Assembly (NCBI GenBank): GCA_046727235.1
Contig: JBKPCF010000108.1
Location: forward strand, 1-46,547
DNA: 46,547 nt
Direction: 5' to 3'
From: Candidatus Dormiibacterota bacterium
GTDB taxonomy: Bacteria > Chloroflexota > Dormibacteria > Dormibacterales > Dormibacteraceae
This document shows, piece after piece, positions 8,375-16,695 of the stretch. A model generated the notes under the pieces. The model worked only from the letters and a program-made list of their open reading frames with translations. It searched no databases and was not told the DNA's origin. Position numbers and translations under genes: made by a program. The stretch's first letter is position 1; every line of letters starts with the position of its first letter.

Positions 8375-9391
8375 TTGACCGGAATGCTCGAAAGACCAAC
8401 GCGGGTCGTGGTCACCGGGGCCGCGGGATTCATCGGCTCACATCTCTGCGAGCGCCTCCTGTCCGCCGGCCACTCGGTCGTCGGCATCGATTCGTTCAGC
8501 GACTACTACGCCCGCGTGCTCAAGGAGCAGAACCTCGAAACCTCACGCGCGAATCCCAACTTCACCCTCCTGGAGGCCGACCTTGCCGCCGCCGACCTGC
8601 CGCCGGTCCTCGAAGGTGCGGCTGTTGTCTTTCACCTGGCCGGGCAGGAAGGCGCACGCCCCAGCTGGGGAGACCACTTCGATCGCTACGTGCACGACAA
8701 CATCGTCGCCACGCAGAAGCTCCTCGAGGCTCTTCGTGAGTCGCCCGTCCAGCGGCTCGTGTTCGCATCGAGCGAGTCGGTCTATGGCGACGCGGTGAGG
8801 TTCCCAACCAAGGAGACGGCTCTCCCCCTGCCGGTCTCGCCGTTCGGGATGACGAAGCTGGCGGCCGAGCACCTCGCCTTCGTGTACATGCGCAACTTCG
8901 GAATCCCGGTGACGTCGCTGCGTTACTTCACCGTCTACGGCCCGCGCCAGCGTCCCGACATGGCGTTCTTCCGCTTCATCGAGGCACTCGTCTCGAACGA
9001 GGAGATCGAGATCTTTGGGGACGGCGAGCAGACGCGGGAGTTCACCTTCGTCTCCGACGCGATCGACGGCACCCTGAAAGCTGCGTCCGCCGACGTCGCC
9101 GGCCAGATCATCAACCTCGGCGGCGGCAGTCGCGTCTCGGTCAACAAAGTCCTCGACACGCTCGAGGACGTAAGCCAGGCAACGGCGCGGCGCCTCTATC
9201 GCCCGGCCGCCCCCGGCGACCTGCGTCACACGGGCGCGTCGATCAACGTCGCCCGCGAGCGTCTCGGCTGGGAGCCGCGGGTGTCGCTGCGCGAAGGCCT
9301 GACGAAGCAGTGGCGATGGTTCCGGGAGGAGCTAGCCCTCGAGGACCTGTCCCCAGGCCTTGAGAATGCGCACCAGGGGCCCCTCGCATGA
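8375..9391 (+). CDS. NAD-dependent epimerase/dehydratase (extended SDR family)
   Basis: VVVTGAAGFIGSHLCERLL Rossmann motif and a YGxxK-type region (VYGDAV...PFGMTKLAAE). The start may instead be ATG 8384. Confidence 0.85.
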   Translation: MTGMLERPTRVVVTGAAGFIGSHLCERLLSAGHSVVGIDSFSDYYARVLKEQNLETSRANPNFTLLEADLAAADLPPVLEGAAVVFHLAGQEGARPSWGDHFDRYVHDNIVATQKLLEALRESPVQRLVFASSESVYGDAVRFPTKETALPLPVSPFGMTKLAAEHLAFVYMRNFGIPVTSLRYFTVYGPRQRPDMAFFRFIEALVSNEEIEIFGDGEQTREFTFVSDAIDGTLKAASADVAGQIINLGGGSRVSVNKVLDTLEDVSQATARRLYRPAAPGDLRHTGASINVARERLGWEPRVSLREGLTKQWRWFREELALEDLSPGLENAHQGPLA

Positions 9392-10390
9392 GCGGGAGGC
9401 CTGCTCACCGAGGGCCGATGACTTGCACACCATCAGCACGCCCTTGTTGCCCGAGCCGAATGCGGCGACGTACTGACCGGTGTCCTGCTCGTAGTTGAGG
9501 TAGACACCGGACGCCAGGTTGTTGCTGCTCCCGTAAACGGTGTCGATCCAGTCCTTCGCGCCGGTTGGGCTCGAGAACTTGAAACCCGCGGTGTTGATCT
9601 CCATGTGCGTGTCGACGTCCACCGCATAGTCCCCGAACACGAAGTCCTTGACACCGCCCTGCTTGAAGAAGGTCACCATCTCCTGCGGCGCCGGGTAGAC
9701 GAGCAGCTGGGGCACCACCTCGATCGGCAGGACCGTCTTGCCCAGCAGCGTCAGGTCAGGTCCCTCAGGAGGCAGGAGCACCGGATCCTGTGTCGCGGGC
9801 GGCGAGGGACGCACCTTGCCGTTGAGCACGTCCTTCAAGCGGGTCGCCGCCTTGACGGCCAGCTTGCCGACCGTGCTCGTGCCGGCGACGGCGTCGACGT
9901 GAGACCAGATGATCGAGATCACCGTCTGGCCGACCCGCAGGTACGCGGCGTTGAGATACGGAGCGGCGCCGGCGCCGATGTTGCGGTTGTAGTACAGGGA
10001 CTGGTCGCCGGCCTTCGGCCCACTCAGCGAGTTGCCGAGGGCGTTCTGGTAGGCGCTCATGAAAGAGGTCGCGATCGACGTCGAGACCCAGACCTCGTAT
10101 CCGACCTCCAACGATTCGCGACTTCCGACATGCGCGAACCGCACCGTGACGCCGAAACGGTCCTCGTCAAGGCGGGTGGAGCTGTTGAGCGGCCGGACGT
10201 TGAACGTCGGCGGTCCCTCCCACCAGGAGGAGGAATCGCGGACGATCGGGTCCAGGTCGTTGAGCACCACGCGGCCTGCGTAGACGGCGCCCATGCTCGG
10301 CCCCGAGCTGCTCGTGTTGCTGCGACCGCAAGCCAGCGTGACCAGCGCCAGCGCCGCGAGCGCCGCCGCCAGCCTGACCGGCCTAGTCAA
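9332..10390 (-). CDS. Hypothetical secreted protein or lipoprotein
   Basis: Signal peptide [25 protein letters not shown]. The mature part is not low-complexity. No family recognised. Confidence 0.6.
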   Translation of the reverse strand: MTRPVRLAAALAALALVTLACGRSNTSSSGPSMGAVYAGRVVLNDLDPIVRDSSSWWEGPPTFNVRPLNSSTRLDEDRFGVTVRFAHVGSRESLEVGYEVWVSTSIATSFMSAYQNALGNSLSGPKAGDQSLYYNRNIGAGAAPYLNAAYLRVGQTVISIIWSHVDAVAGTSTVGKLAVKAATRLKDVLNGKVRPSPPATQDPVLLPPEGPDLTLLGKTVLPIEVVPQLLVYPAPQEMVTFFKQGGVKDFVFGDYAVDVDTHMEINTAGFKFSSPTGAKDWIDTVYGSSNNLASGVYLNYEQDTGQYVAAFGSGNKGVLMVCKSSALGEQASRSCEGPLVRILKAWGQVLEG

Positions 10391-12209
10391 GCTTCAGCAC
10401 CGCCATGAACGCCTCCTGGGGAATCTCGATCGAGCCGACCCGCTTCATTCGCCGCTTGCCTTCCTTCTGTTTCTCCAACAGTTTGCGTTTCCGGGTCACG
10501 TCGCCGCCATAGCATTTCGCAAGCACGTCCTTCCGCATCGCCGGAATCGTCTCGCGAGCGACTATCTTGCCGCCGATCGCGGCCTGGATCGGGACCTCGT
10601 AGAGCTGGCGCGGAATGATCGCCTTCAGCTTCTCGACCAGCCGCCTCCCCTGCGACTGGGCCTTGGTCCGGTGCGTGATCAGGGACAGGGCGTCAACCGG
10701 CTCTGCGGCGACCAGGACGTCCAGCTTCACGAGCTCGCCTTCGCGGAAGCCGATCATCTCGTAGTCCATCGACGCGTAGCCCTTCGAGCGTGATTTGAGC
10801 TGGTCGTAGAAGTCGTGAATGATCTCGCCGAGCGGGATCTCGTATTCGAGCACGACCCGGTCGCCCGGCCTGTGCTCCAGGTGTTTGAACGTGGCGCGCC
10901 GCTCCTGGCAGAGCTCCATCATCGGTCCGACGTAGGAGGAGGGGGTGATGACGGCGAGCCTCACGAAGGGCTCGGAGATCGATTCGACCGCGGTCGGATC
11001 CGGCAGCAGGGCCGGGTTGTCGACCTCGATGACACCGCCCCGCTTGAGCTTCACGTGGTACTCGACCGTCGGGGCGGTGGTGATGAGCTCGAGCTCGAAC
11101 TCGCGCTCGAGGCGCTCCTGCACGATCTCCAGGTGGAGCAGGCCGAGGAAGCCGCAGCGAAAGCCAAATCCGAGCGCGGCCGAGTTCTCGGGCTCGTAAG
11201 AGAGCGCGGCGTCATTGAGCTGCAGCTTTTCGAGCGCCTCTTTCAGGTCGGCGAACTGGTCGGAGTTGGTGGGGAACAGACCGGCGAAGACCATCGGCTT
11301 GACCTGCCGGTAGCCCGGCAGCGGCGCGCTCGCGCCGTGTTCGGCCATGGTGATGGTGTCGCCCACTCGCGCGTCGACCACATTCTTGATCGCGGCGGTG
11401 ACGTAACCCACCTCACCCGCCGTGAGCCTGTCGGCAGCGCGAGGACGGGGTGAGAACCAACCCACCTCGTCGACCTCATGGACCTTGTCTGTGTTCATCA
11501 TCCGGATCCTGGTGCGCGGGACGATCTCGCCGTCCACGACCCGCACATACGTGATCACGCCGCGATAGGTGTCGTAGTGGGAGTCGAAGATCAGCGCTCG
11601 CAGGGGCTTTTCGGGATCGCCGTGCGGCGGAGGAACGCGGTTGACCACGGCTTCGAGGATGGCCTCGGTCCCGACGCCGAGCTTCGCCGACGCGAAGATC
11701 ACCTGCTCGCGGGAGATGCCGGTGACGTCCGAGATCTCTTCGGCCACGAGCTCGGGCTGGGCGGCGTCCAGGTCGATCTTGTTGACGACAGGGACGATGG
11801 TGAGGCCCGCCTCGACCGCCTGGTAGAGGTTGGCGAGGGTTTGCGCCTCGATCCCCTGCGCGGCGTCCACGACGAGGATGGCGCCTTCGCACGCGGCCAG
11901 CGAGCGCGAGACCTCATACGCGAAGTCGACGTGGCCCGGTGTGTCGATCAGGTTGAGCTCGTACGTCTGGCCGTCCTTCGACGGGTACGACATTCGCACC
12001 GCCTGCAGCTTGATGGTGATCCCACGCTCCCGCTCCAGGTCCATCGTGTCGAGGACCTGGTCCTGCATGTCGCGCTGGCTGATCGCGCCGGTGTGCTCGA
12101 GAAGCCTGTCGGCCAGGGTCGATTTGCCGTGGTCGATGTGGGCGATGATGCAGAAATTCCGCACGAGGGCCTGCCTGGTGGTGACTGCCACGGTCAGAAT
12201 GCTAGGCAT
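10383..12209 (-). CDS. lepA: Translation elongation factor 4 (LepA)
   Basis: [30 protein letters not shown], and a C-terminus typical of LepA (...[22 protein letters not shown]). I trimmed the start to ATG 12209 (alternative GTG 12191). The 642-aa track ORF has a low-complexity extension. Confidence 0.95.
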   Translation of the reverse strand: MPSILTVAVTTRQALVRNFCIIAHIDHGKSTLADRLLEHTGAISQRDMQDQVLDTMDLERERGITIKLQAVRMSYPSKDGQTYELNLIDTPGHVDFAYEVSRSLAACEGAILVVDAAQGIEAQTLANLYQAVEAGLTIVPVVNKIDLDAAQPELVAEEISDVTGISREQVIFASAKLGVGTEAILEAVVNRVPPPHGDPEKPLRALIFDSHYDTYRGVITYVRVVDGEIVPRTRIRMMNTDKVHEVDEVGWFSPRPRAADRLTAGEVGYVTAAIKNVVDARVGDTITMAEHGASAPLPGYRQVKPMVFAGLFPTNSDQFADLKEALEKLQLNDAALSYEPENSAALGFGFRCGFLGLLHLEIVQERLEREFELELITTAPTVEYHVKLKRGGVIEVDNPALLPDPTAVESISEPFVRLAVITPSSYVGPMMELCQERRATFKHLEHRPGDRVVLEYEIPLGEIIHDFYDQLKSRSKGYASMDYEMIGFREGELVKLDVLVAAEPVDALSLITHRTKAQSQGRRLVEKLKAIIPRQLYEVPIQAAIGGKIVARETIPAMRKDVLAKCYGGDVTRKRKLLEKQKEGKRRMKRVGSIEIPQEAFMAVLKLD

Positions 12210-12543
12210 CGTGGCGGTGGTGCTCGTGATAGGCGTGGTACTGGTCGTATCCGGGGCCGTCCTCCTGCTGAACCTGTTCGGGGCGGGGGACTTCGTGATC
12301 CGCGCCGTCACCTCGAAGTACCTGGGCAGCCTACCTCCGGGTTTCGCGGCCTCGAAGCGCGGCTTCCGGACCTACGCGCTGCTGCTGGTGGCCATCGGGA
12401 TCGCGTGCCTCGGACTTGCCGCCACGTCGTGGCTCCTGCCGGTCGCGGCGGCACTGATGGTCGCCGGCGCGTTCATCTTCGGATACGCCTCGGTGGTGGC
12501 CATCACCGGTGAGGTGGAGACGGCCAGGGACAAGAAGGCCTAG
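12199..12543 (+). CDS. Small integral membrane protein (about 3 TM helices), hypothetical
   Basis: This is the 3' part of track ORF 11830..12543. From ATG 12199 it has very high third-position GC and three clear hydrophobic helices ([24 protein letters not shown]..., [44 protein letters not shown]). Confidence 0.5.
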   Translation: MLGIVAVVLVIGVVLVVSGAVLLLNLFGAGDFVIRAVTSKYLGSLPPGFAASKRGFRTYALLLVAIGIACLGLAATSWLLPVAAALMVAGAFIFGYASVVAITGEVETARDKKA

Positions 12544-12554
12544 CTCCGCGGCCT

Positions 12555-13226
12555 CTAGTCGCCGCGAGCCGACAGCGCGATCGCGAGCCCGACCATGGCC
12601 GCCGTTTCCGCACGGAGGTTGCGCGGGCCGAGCGAGGCCTCCTCGGTCGCAAGCGCGAGCTCGCGCTCGGTCCATCCCCCTTCGGGGCCGATGAGCAGCG
12701 TCACGTCGCGCGGCTCGGTGACGTCCGCCAGGCGCCGCGGCGCCGCGCGCGACAGCATCACCGCCGCGTCGGCCGATCCGATGACCGCGTCGACGTCTGA
12801 GGCGATCGAAACCTCGGGCACCCGCAGTCGCGCAGCCAGCATCGCCGCCTCACGGCAGATCGCGTTCCAGCGTTCGAGCTTCTGCCCGCGGCCGACGCTG
12901 CGGTCGGCGTTGAAGACGACAAATGCAAATGCGCCTGCCTCAGTGCATCGGGAAAGGACGACCTCCAGAGAAGGCGCCGGCAGATTTGCGATCGCGATGG
13001 TGATGCCCGCCGACGGCTCAGGTCGATGAGCGCGCTCGTCGACCACCTGACCCTCGACGCGATCCACTGACACCGACTCGACGCGGACCCTGAGCAGGAA
13101 GCCCTTCGGGTCGACGACGTCGATCGATTCGCCTGGACGTGCACGCAGCGACCGGGCCAGGTGTCGCGCGTCGCCGCCTTCGATCACCACGCGGTCGTGC
13201 TCGCGGCGTCCGAAGAACGCAGGCAA
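12555..13226 (-). CDS. rsmE: 16S rRNA (uracil1498-N3)-methyltransferase RsmE
   Basis: From TTG 13226 the protein begins MPAFFGRREHDRVVIEGGDARHLARSLR, like RsmE N-termini. The C-terminal LLIGPEGGWTERE...LGPRNLRAETA motif is present. The 339-aa track ORF over-extends across the upstream gene. Confidence 0.85.
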   Translation of the reverse strand: MPAFFGRREHDRVVIEGGDARHLARSLRARPGESIDVVDPKGFLLRVRVESVSVDRVEGQVVDERAHRPEPSAGITIAIANLPAPSLEVVLSRCTEAGAFAFVVFNADRSVGRGQKLERWNAICREAAMLAARLRVPEVSIASDVDAVIGSADAAVMLSRAAPRRLADVTEPRDVTLLIGPEGGWTERELALATEEASLGPRNLRAETAAMVGLAIALSARGD

Positions 13227-13234
13227 CGACGGAC

Positions 13235-13549
13235 CTACATCACGTTGAAGGTTTCGTAGACCGCGACCTGGGCGCCGCCCTTGATCACCGGGCAGCTCCT
13301 GGCGAGCCTCGTCGCGGCCTCGAGCGACGGCGCCTCGATGATGCTGTAACCGGAGGCCCGCATTCCGACAGGGCCTTTCGCGACACCATCGGGCCTGACC
13401 TTGCTCACCTTGCCGGAGAACGGATTGCCCGGATCGACGATGGCCGGACCGAGCTTGCTGAACCAGGTCGTCCACTGCTTCATGACTCGGGCCTGCTGGG
13501 CAGGCGTCGCCGGCATCGTGCCGCCGTAATAGATAAGGAGATATCTCAC
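13235..13549 (-). CDS. YCII-related (dimeric alpha/beta barrel) domain protein
   Basis: MRYLLIYYGG... and ...GYSIIEAPSLEAATRLARSCPVIKGGAQVAVYE resemble the YCII/DGPF-like pattern. Its GTG start overlaps the UDG stop (GTGA). Confidence 0.6.
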   Translation of the reverse strand: MRYLLIYYGGTMPATPAQQARVMKQWTTWFSKLGPAIVDPGNPFSGKVSKVRPDGVAKGPVGMRASGYSIIEAPSLEAATRLARSCPVIKGGAQVAVYETFNVM

Positions 13550-14160
13550 CGGGCAAAGTTTGCACGGAGCTCACCGATCAGTGCGAGTGCCCCTGCGAGA
13601 CGTTCGCGATTCGCGGGCTCGTTCAGCCAGCGGCTCTGGCCGGAAGGATGTGGCAGCGGAACCATCACGGGCCGATCGCCGAATCTCTTCCCGACGCGGT
13701 CTTCGAGCGAGCCTGGACCCAGAAACCGGGTGATCGCCATCTGGCCGACCAGGATCAACACCTTCGGCTTCAACAACCGCAGCTCAGCCTCGAGCCAGTG
13801 CGCGCAGTTGGCCACGCCCGCAGGCGGCGGACGCCGGTCGCCGGTGTTCTGTTCGTTGCGACCAGGAAAGCACCGCATCAACGCGGCGATGTAGGTCAGC
13901 CGCCGAAACTCCTCCGCGTCGGCGAAACCGGCGCGGATCATCCAACGGTCGAGCTCTTTGCCCGCGCGCCCGGAAAACGGCCGGCGCGACTCGCGCTCTG
14001 CCGGGCCAGGCGCCTGGCCGACGATGAAGAACGGCGCGCCCCAACGACCCTCGAAGGTCGGATTGGCCTCAGCGATGATGCCCTGGTCGGCGCAGACGTG
14101 GCAGGACCGGCATGCGGCCTGATGAGCGAGGAGCCGGGCGCTACCGCGGGGCGCGCGCAG
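13546..14160 (-). CDS. Uracil-DNA glycosylase superfamily protein (family 4/5-like, probable Fe-S type)
   Basis: FFIVGQAPG...RPFSGRAGKELDRW (motif A region), CRSCHVC cysteines, and the PLPHPSGQSRW motif B. The track ORF (13546..13941) starts at the first ATG and removes motif A. I extended it to CTG 14160, so the start is uncertain. Confidence 0.7.
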   Translation of the reverse strand: MRAPRGSARLLAHQAACRSCHVCADQGIIAEANPTFEGRWGAPFFIVGQAPGPAERESRRPFSGRAGKELDRWMIRAGFADAEEFRRLTYIAALMRCFPGRNEQNTGDRRPPPAGVANCAHWLEAELRLLKPKVLILVGQMAITRFLGPGSLEDRVGKRFGDRPVMVPLPHPSGQSRWLNEPANRERLAGALALIGELRANFAR

Positions 14161-14166
14161 CGCGCT

Positions 14167-15168
14167 TCAGATGACCCGAACAAGGCGCGGATTCGGCGCC
14201 GCGCCCGGGATCCGACCGCGCTTGGTCATCGGCCTGCCCCCGATCTCCTTGATGTCCGCGGTGAATGCGATCGGCGGCGCAGAGCTGATCGCCATCCCGA
14301 CCCCGTACGAGTGAATCGGACAGCCGGCAGCCTCGAAGGCGCGGATCCTCTCCACATCGAGCCCTCCCGAGATGAAGATGCCGACGTGGTCGAACCCGGC
14401 CAGGTCCAGCCGCGCGCGGACCTCTTTCACCAGGTCGATCGTGACTCCGCCCCGTTCGCCCGGTGTATCGAGCCGCACGCCGCGAAGTCGCTTCCCAAGC
14501 GCCGCGGCGACGCGCAGGGATTCCTCCGCTTCGTCCTTGAACGTGTCGACGAGCACGATCCGCAGCACGTCATCGCCCATGTTCTCGTCGAAGGCGAGTG
14601 CGGCTTTGACCGTGTCGCCGAAGAGAAGGATCATCGCGTGCGGCATCGTGCCGGACGCGCCCTGCAGCCCCGCCAGCTGCGCGCCGAGCGGGGTCGCGCA
14701 GCCGGCGCATCCTCCGACGACCGCGGAGTACTCCATCGTGGGGGCGATCAACGGGTGGACGTGCCGCGCGCCGAAGCTGATCACTCGCTTGCCGTTCGCG
14801 GCCTCGACGATCTCGCGCGCCGCCGTCGCCCAGCCGGTGCAGCTCGACAGCATTCCGAGCAGCGCGGTCTCGTAGACGCCGAATCGCGAGTAGGGCGCCC
14901 GCACGCGCAGCACAGTCTCCTTGGCGCTGATGGGTTCGCCTTCCGCGATGGCGTAAGCCTCGTCGCCTTCGTCGAGAATCTCGCGCAGCAGCCGCACCGC
15001 CTCTGTGACGCCGCACAGGACACCCGGCGAGCCGGCGAAGAAATCCATCGCGACGGCCGCGTCGACCTTGGCCCCGGCCAGCGTCTTCCGCGCCCGCTGG
15101 AAATAGACGTCGGAGGCGGGACCGCCGTAGTAGGCGACCAGCTCGGACATGGGGCTGGTCGCGGTCAC
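14167..15168 (-). CDS. pncB: Nicotinate phosphoribosyltransferase (archaeal-type, COG1488 family)
   Basis: ASDVYFQRA, VYETALLG, GTMPHA, LVDTFKDE, VRLDTP, ISGGLD and YGVGMAISSAPP...KRGRIPG match the conserved NAPRTase blocks as I recall them. I chose GTG 15168 as the start because GGAGGAG lies 9 nt upstream. ATG 15150 and ATG 15192 are alternatives. The 533-aa track ORF is over-extended. Confidence 0.75.
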   Translation of the reverse strand: MTATSPMSELVAYYGGPASDVYFQRARKTLAGAKVDAAVAMDFFAGSPGVLCGVTEAVRLLREILDEGDEAYAIAEGEPISAKETVLRVRAPYSRFGVYETALLGMLSSCTGWATAAREIVEAANGKRVISFGARHVHPLIAPTMEYSAVVGGCAGCATPLGAQLAGLQGASGTMPHAMILLFGDTVKAALAFDENMGDDVLRIVLVDTFKDEAEESLRVAAALGKRLRGVRLDTPGERGGVTIDLVKEVRARLDLAGFDHVGIFISGGLDVERIRAFEAAGCPIHSYGVGMAISSAPPIAFTADIKEIGGRPMTKRGRIPGAAPNPRLVRVI

Positions 15169-15232
15169 CTGCCTGGTCTCCTCCGTCTTCATCGGCGCAT
15201 TGAACTTAGCAGCCTCGGTAACATCCGGGGCC

Positions 15233-16312
15233 ATGAGCGCTCCAACTTCCCAGCAGGTGCTCGAGGCGCTCGGCCAGATCAAGGACCCCGACCTGGGCCG
15301 CGACATCGTGAGCCTGGGCATGATCAAGGAGCTGGACGTGAGCCCGCAGGGCAACGTCAGCTTCACGTTCGAGCTCACCACCCCGGCCTGCCCGGTCCGT
15401 GACCGCTTCAAGTCACAGGCCGAAGACGCCGTCAACGCGATCGCGGGGGTCACCGGCGTCGACGTCCGCATGACCGCCAACGTCCGGCCGGCATTCTTGC
15501 GGCCGAAGCCGTCCGAGGTCCTGCCCGGCGTCAAGCAGACGATCGCGGTCGCGTCCGGCAAGGGCGGCGTCGGCAAGTCGACCGTCGCGGTCAACCTGGC
15601 GGCGGCCCTTCGCCTGAGCGGAGCCACGGTTGGACTCCTCGACGCGGACATTCTCGGGCCGTCGGTGCCGGTCATGATGGGGTCGCGGACGGAGCCGGAA
15701 CGCGCCAACGGCCGTCTCCTGCCCATCGATGCGCATGGCCTGAAGATGATGTCGTTCGGCAACCTCAACCAGACGGGTCAACCGACCATCTATCGGGGCC
15801 CGATGGTCGGCAAGATGATCGAGGAGCTGATGGCCGTCACAGACTGGGGCCGCCTGGACTACCTCGTGATCGACCTGCCGCCAGGTACGGGTGATGCGTC
15901 TCTGACCCTGGCCCAGGCGATCCCGCTCACGGGCGTCGCGATCGTGTGCACGCCACAGGACGTTGCGACCAACATCGCCGTGAACGCGCTGCAGATGTTT
16001 CGAAAGCTCAACGTGACGCCGCTCGGCCTCATCGAGAACATGAGCTGGTACGTGTGCCCGAGCTGCGGTCACCGGCACGAGATCTTCAGTCACGGCGGCG
16101 CGGAGGCGGCCGCGAAGAGGTTCGGGGTTCCGTTTCTCGGTGCGATCCCCCTCGAGGAAGGCATCCGCGAGGATGCGGACACCGGAGTGCCGGTCGTCAT
16201 CTCGCGGCCCGAGTCCGCCGGCGCGAAAGCATTCGTCGAGATCGCTTCGCAGGTCGCGGCGCGCACGTCGATCCAGTCGTTTCGCCAGCTCCCCGTCATC
16301 AACGTGCATTAG
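15233..16312 (+). CDS. apbC: Fe-S cluster carrier ATPase Mrp/ApbC with an N-terminal DUF59 (MIP18) domain
   Basis: VLEALGQIKDPDLGRDIVSLGMI (DUF59), AVASGKGGVGKST (deviant Walker A) and a CPSCGH motif. Start re-placed at ATG 15233. Confidence 0.9.
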   Translation: MSAPTSQQVLEALGQIKDPDLGRDIVSLGMIKELDVSPQGNVSFTFELTTPACPVRDRFKSQAEDAVNAIAGVTGVDVRMTANVRPAFLRPKPSEVLPGVKQTIAVASGKGGVGKSTVAVNLAAALRLSGATVGLLDADILGPSVPVMMGSRTEPERANGRLLPIDAHGLKMMSFGNLNQTGQPTIYRGPMVGKMIEELMAVTDWGRLDYLVIDLPPGTGDASLTLAQAIPLTGVAIVCTPQDVATNIAVNALQMFRKLNVTPLGLIENMSWYVCPSCGHRHEIFSHGGAEAAAKRFGVPFLGAIPLEEGIREDADTGVPVVISRPESAGAKAFVEIASQVAARTSIQSFRQLPVINVH

Positions 16313-16370
16313 CGGGCCGCCGAGATGGGCGACGCAGATCCGTCGATCCGGCTTCTGGAGGACTGCTAGC

Positions 16371-16682
16371 CTGCAAGACCCGGATCCGTTTCCAAGCAAC
16401 GTCGACGTCGACCGCGAGAAGCAGGTGATGGAGATCACGTGGGAAGACGGCACGCAAACCCGGTACTCCGGCGAGCAGCTGCGATGGGCGTGTCCGTGCG
16501 CGGAGTGTCGCGGTGAGGCCGGGATGCAGGGTCGTCTTGCTCGCGTGACACAGCTCAGCGACGCGGAGCTGCGCATCAGCGACGTCAAGCTCGTCGGTCA
16601 GTACGCGCTGCAGATTGCGTTCGAGAGCGGTCACGCCACCGGCATCTACACGTTTTCTCTGCTGAAGCGCTTGGTGCAATAA
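16371..16682 (+). CDS. DUF971 domain protein (gamma-butyrobetaine hydroxylase-like N-terminal domain)
   Basis: ITWEDGTQTRYSGEQLRWACPCAECRGE is the DUF971 core. The start is ambiguous. CTG 16371 has GGAGGA 8 nt upstream. The first canonical starts are GTG 16425 and ATG 16428. Confidence 0.6.
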   Translation: MQDPDPFPSNVDVDREKQVMEITWEDGTQTRYSGEQLRWACPCAECRGEAGMQGRLARVTQLSDAELRISDVKLVGQYALQIAFESGHATGIYTFSLLKRLVQ

Positions 16683-16695
16683 TTCGCGCGGCCAG

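Noticed and set aside
13648-15402. 584-aa + strand ORF, the longest unexplained ORF in the track
   Set aside because: It lies antisense to the well-supported UDG and NAPRTase genes. The composition is R/A/G/P/D-rich and low-complexity with no recognisable motifs. It is a typical high-GC antisense shadow ORF.
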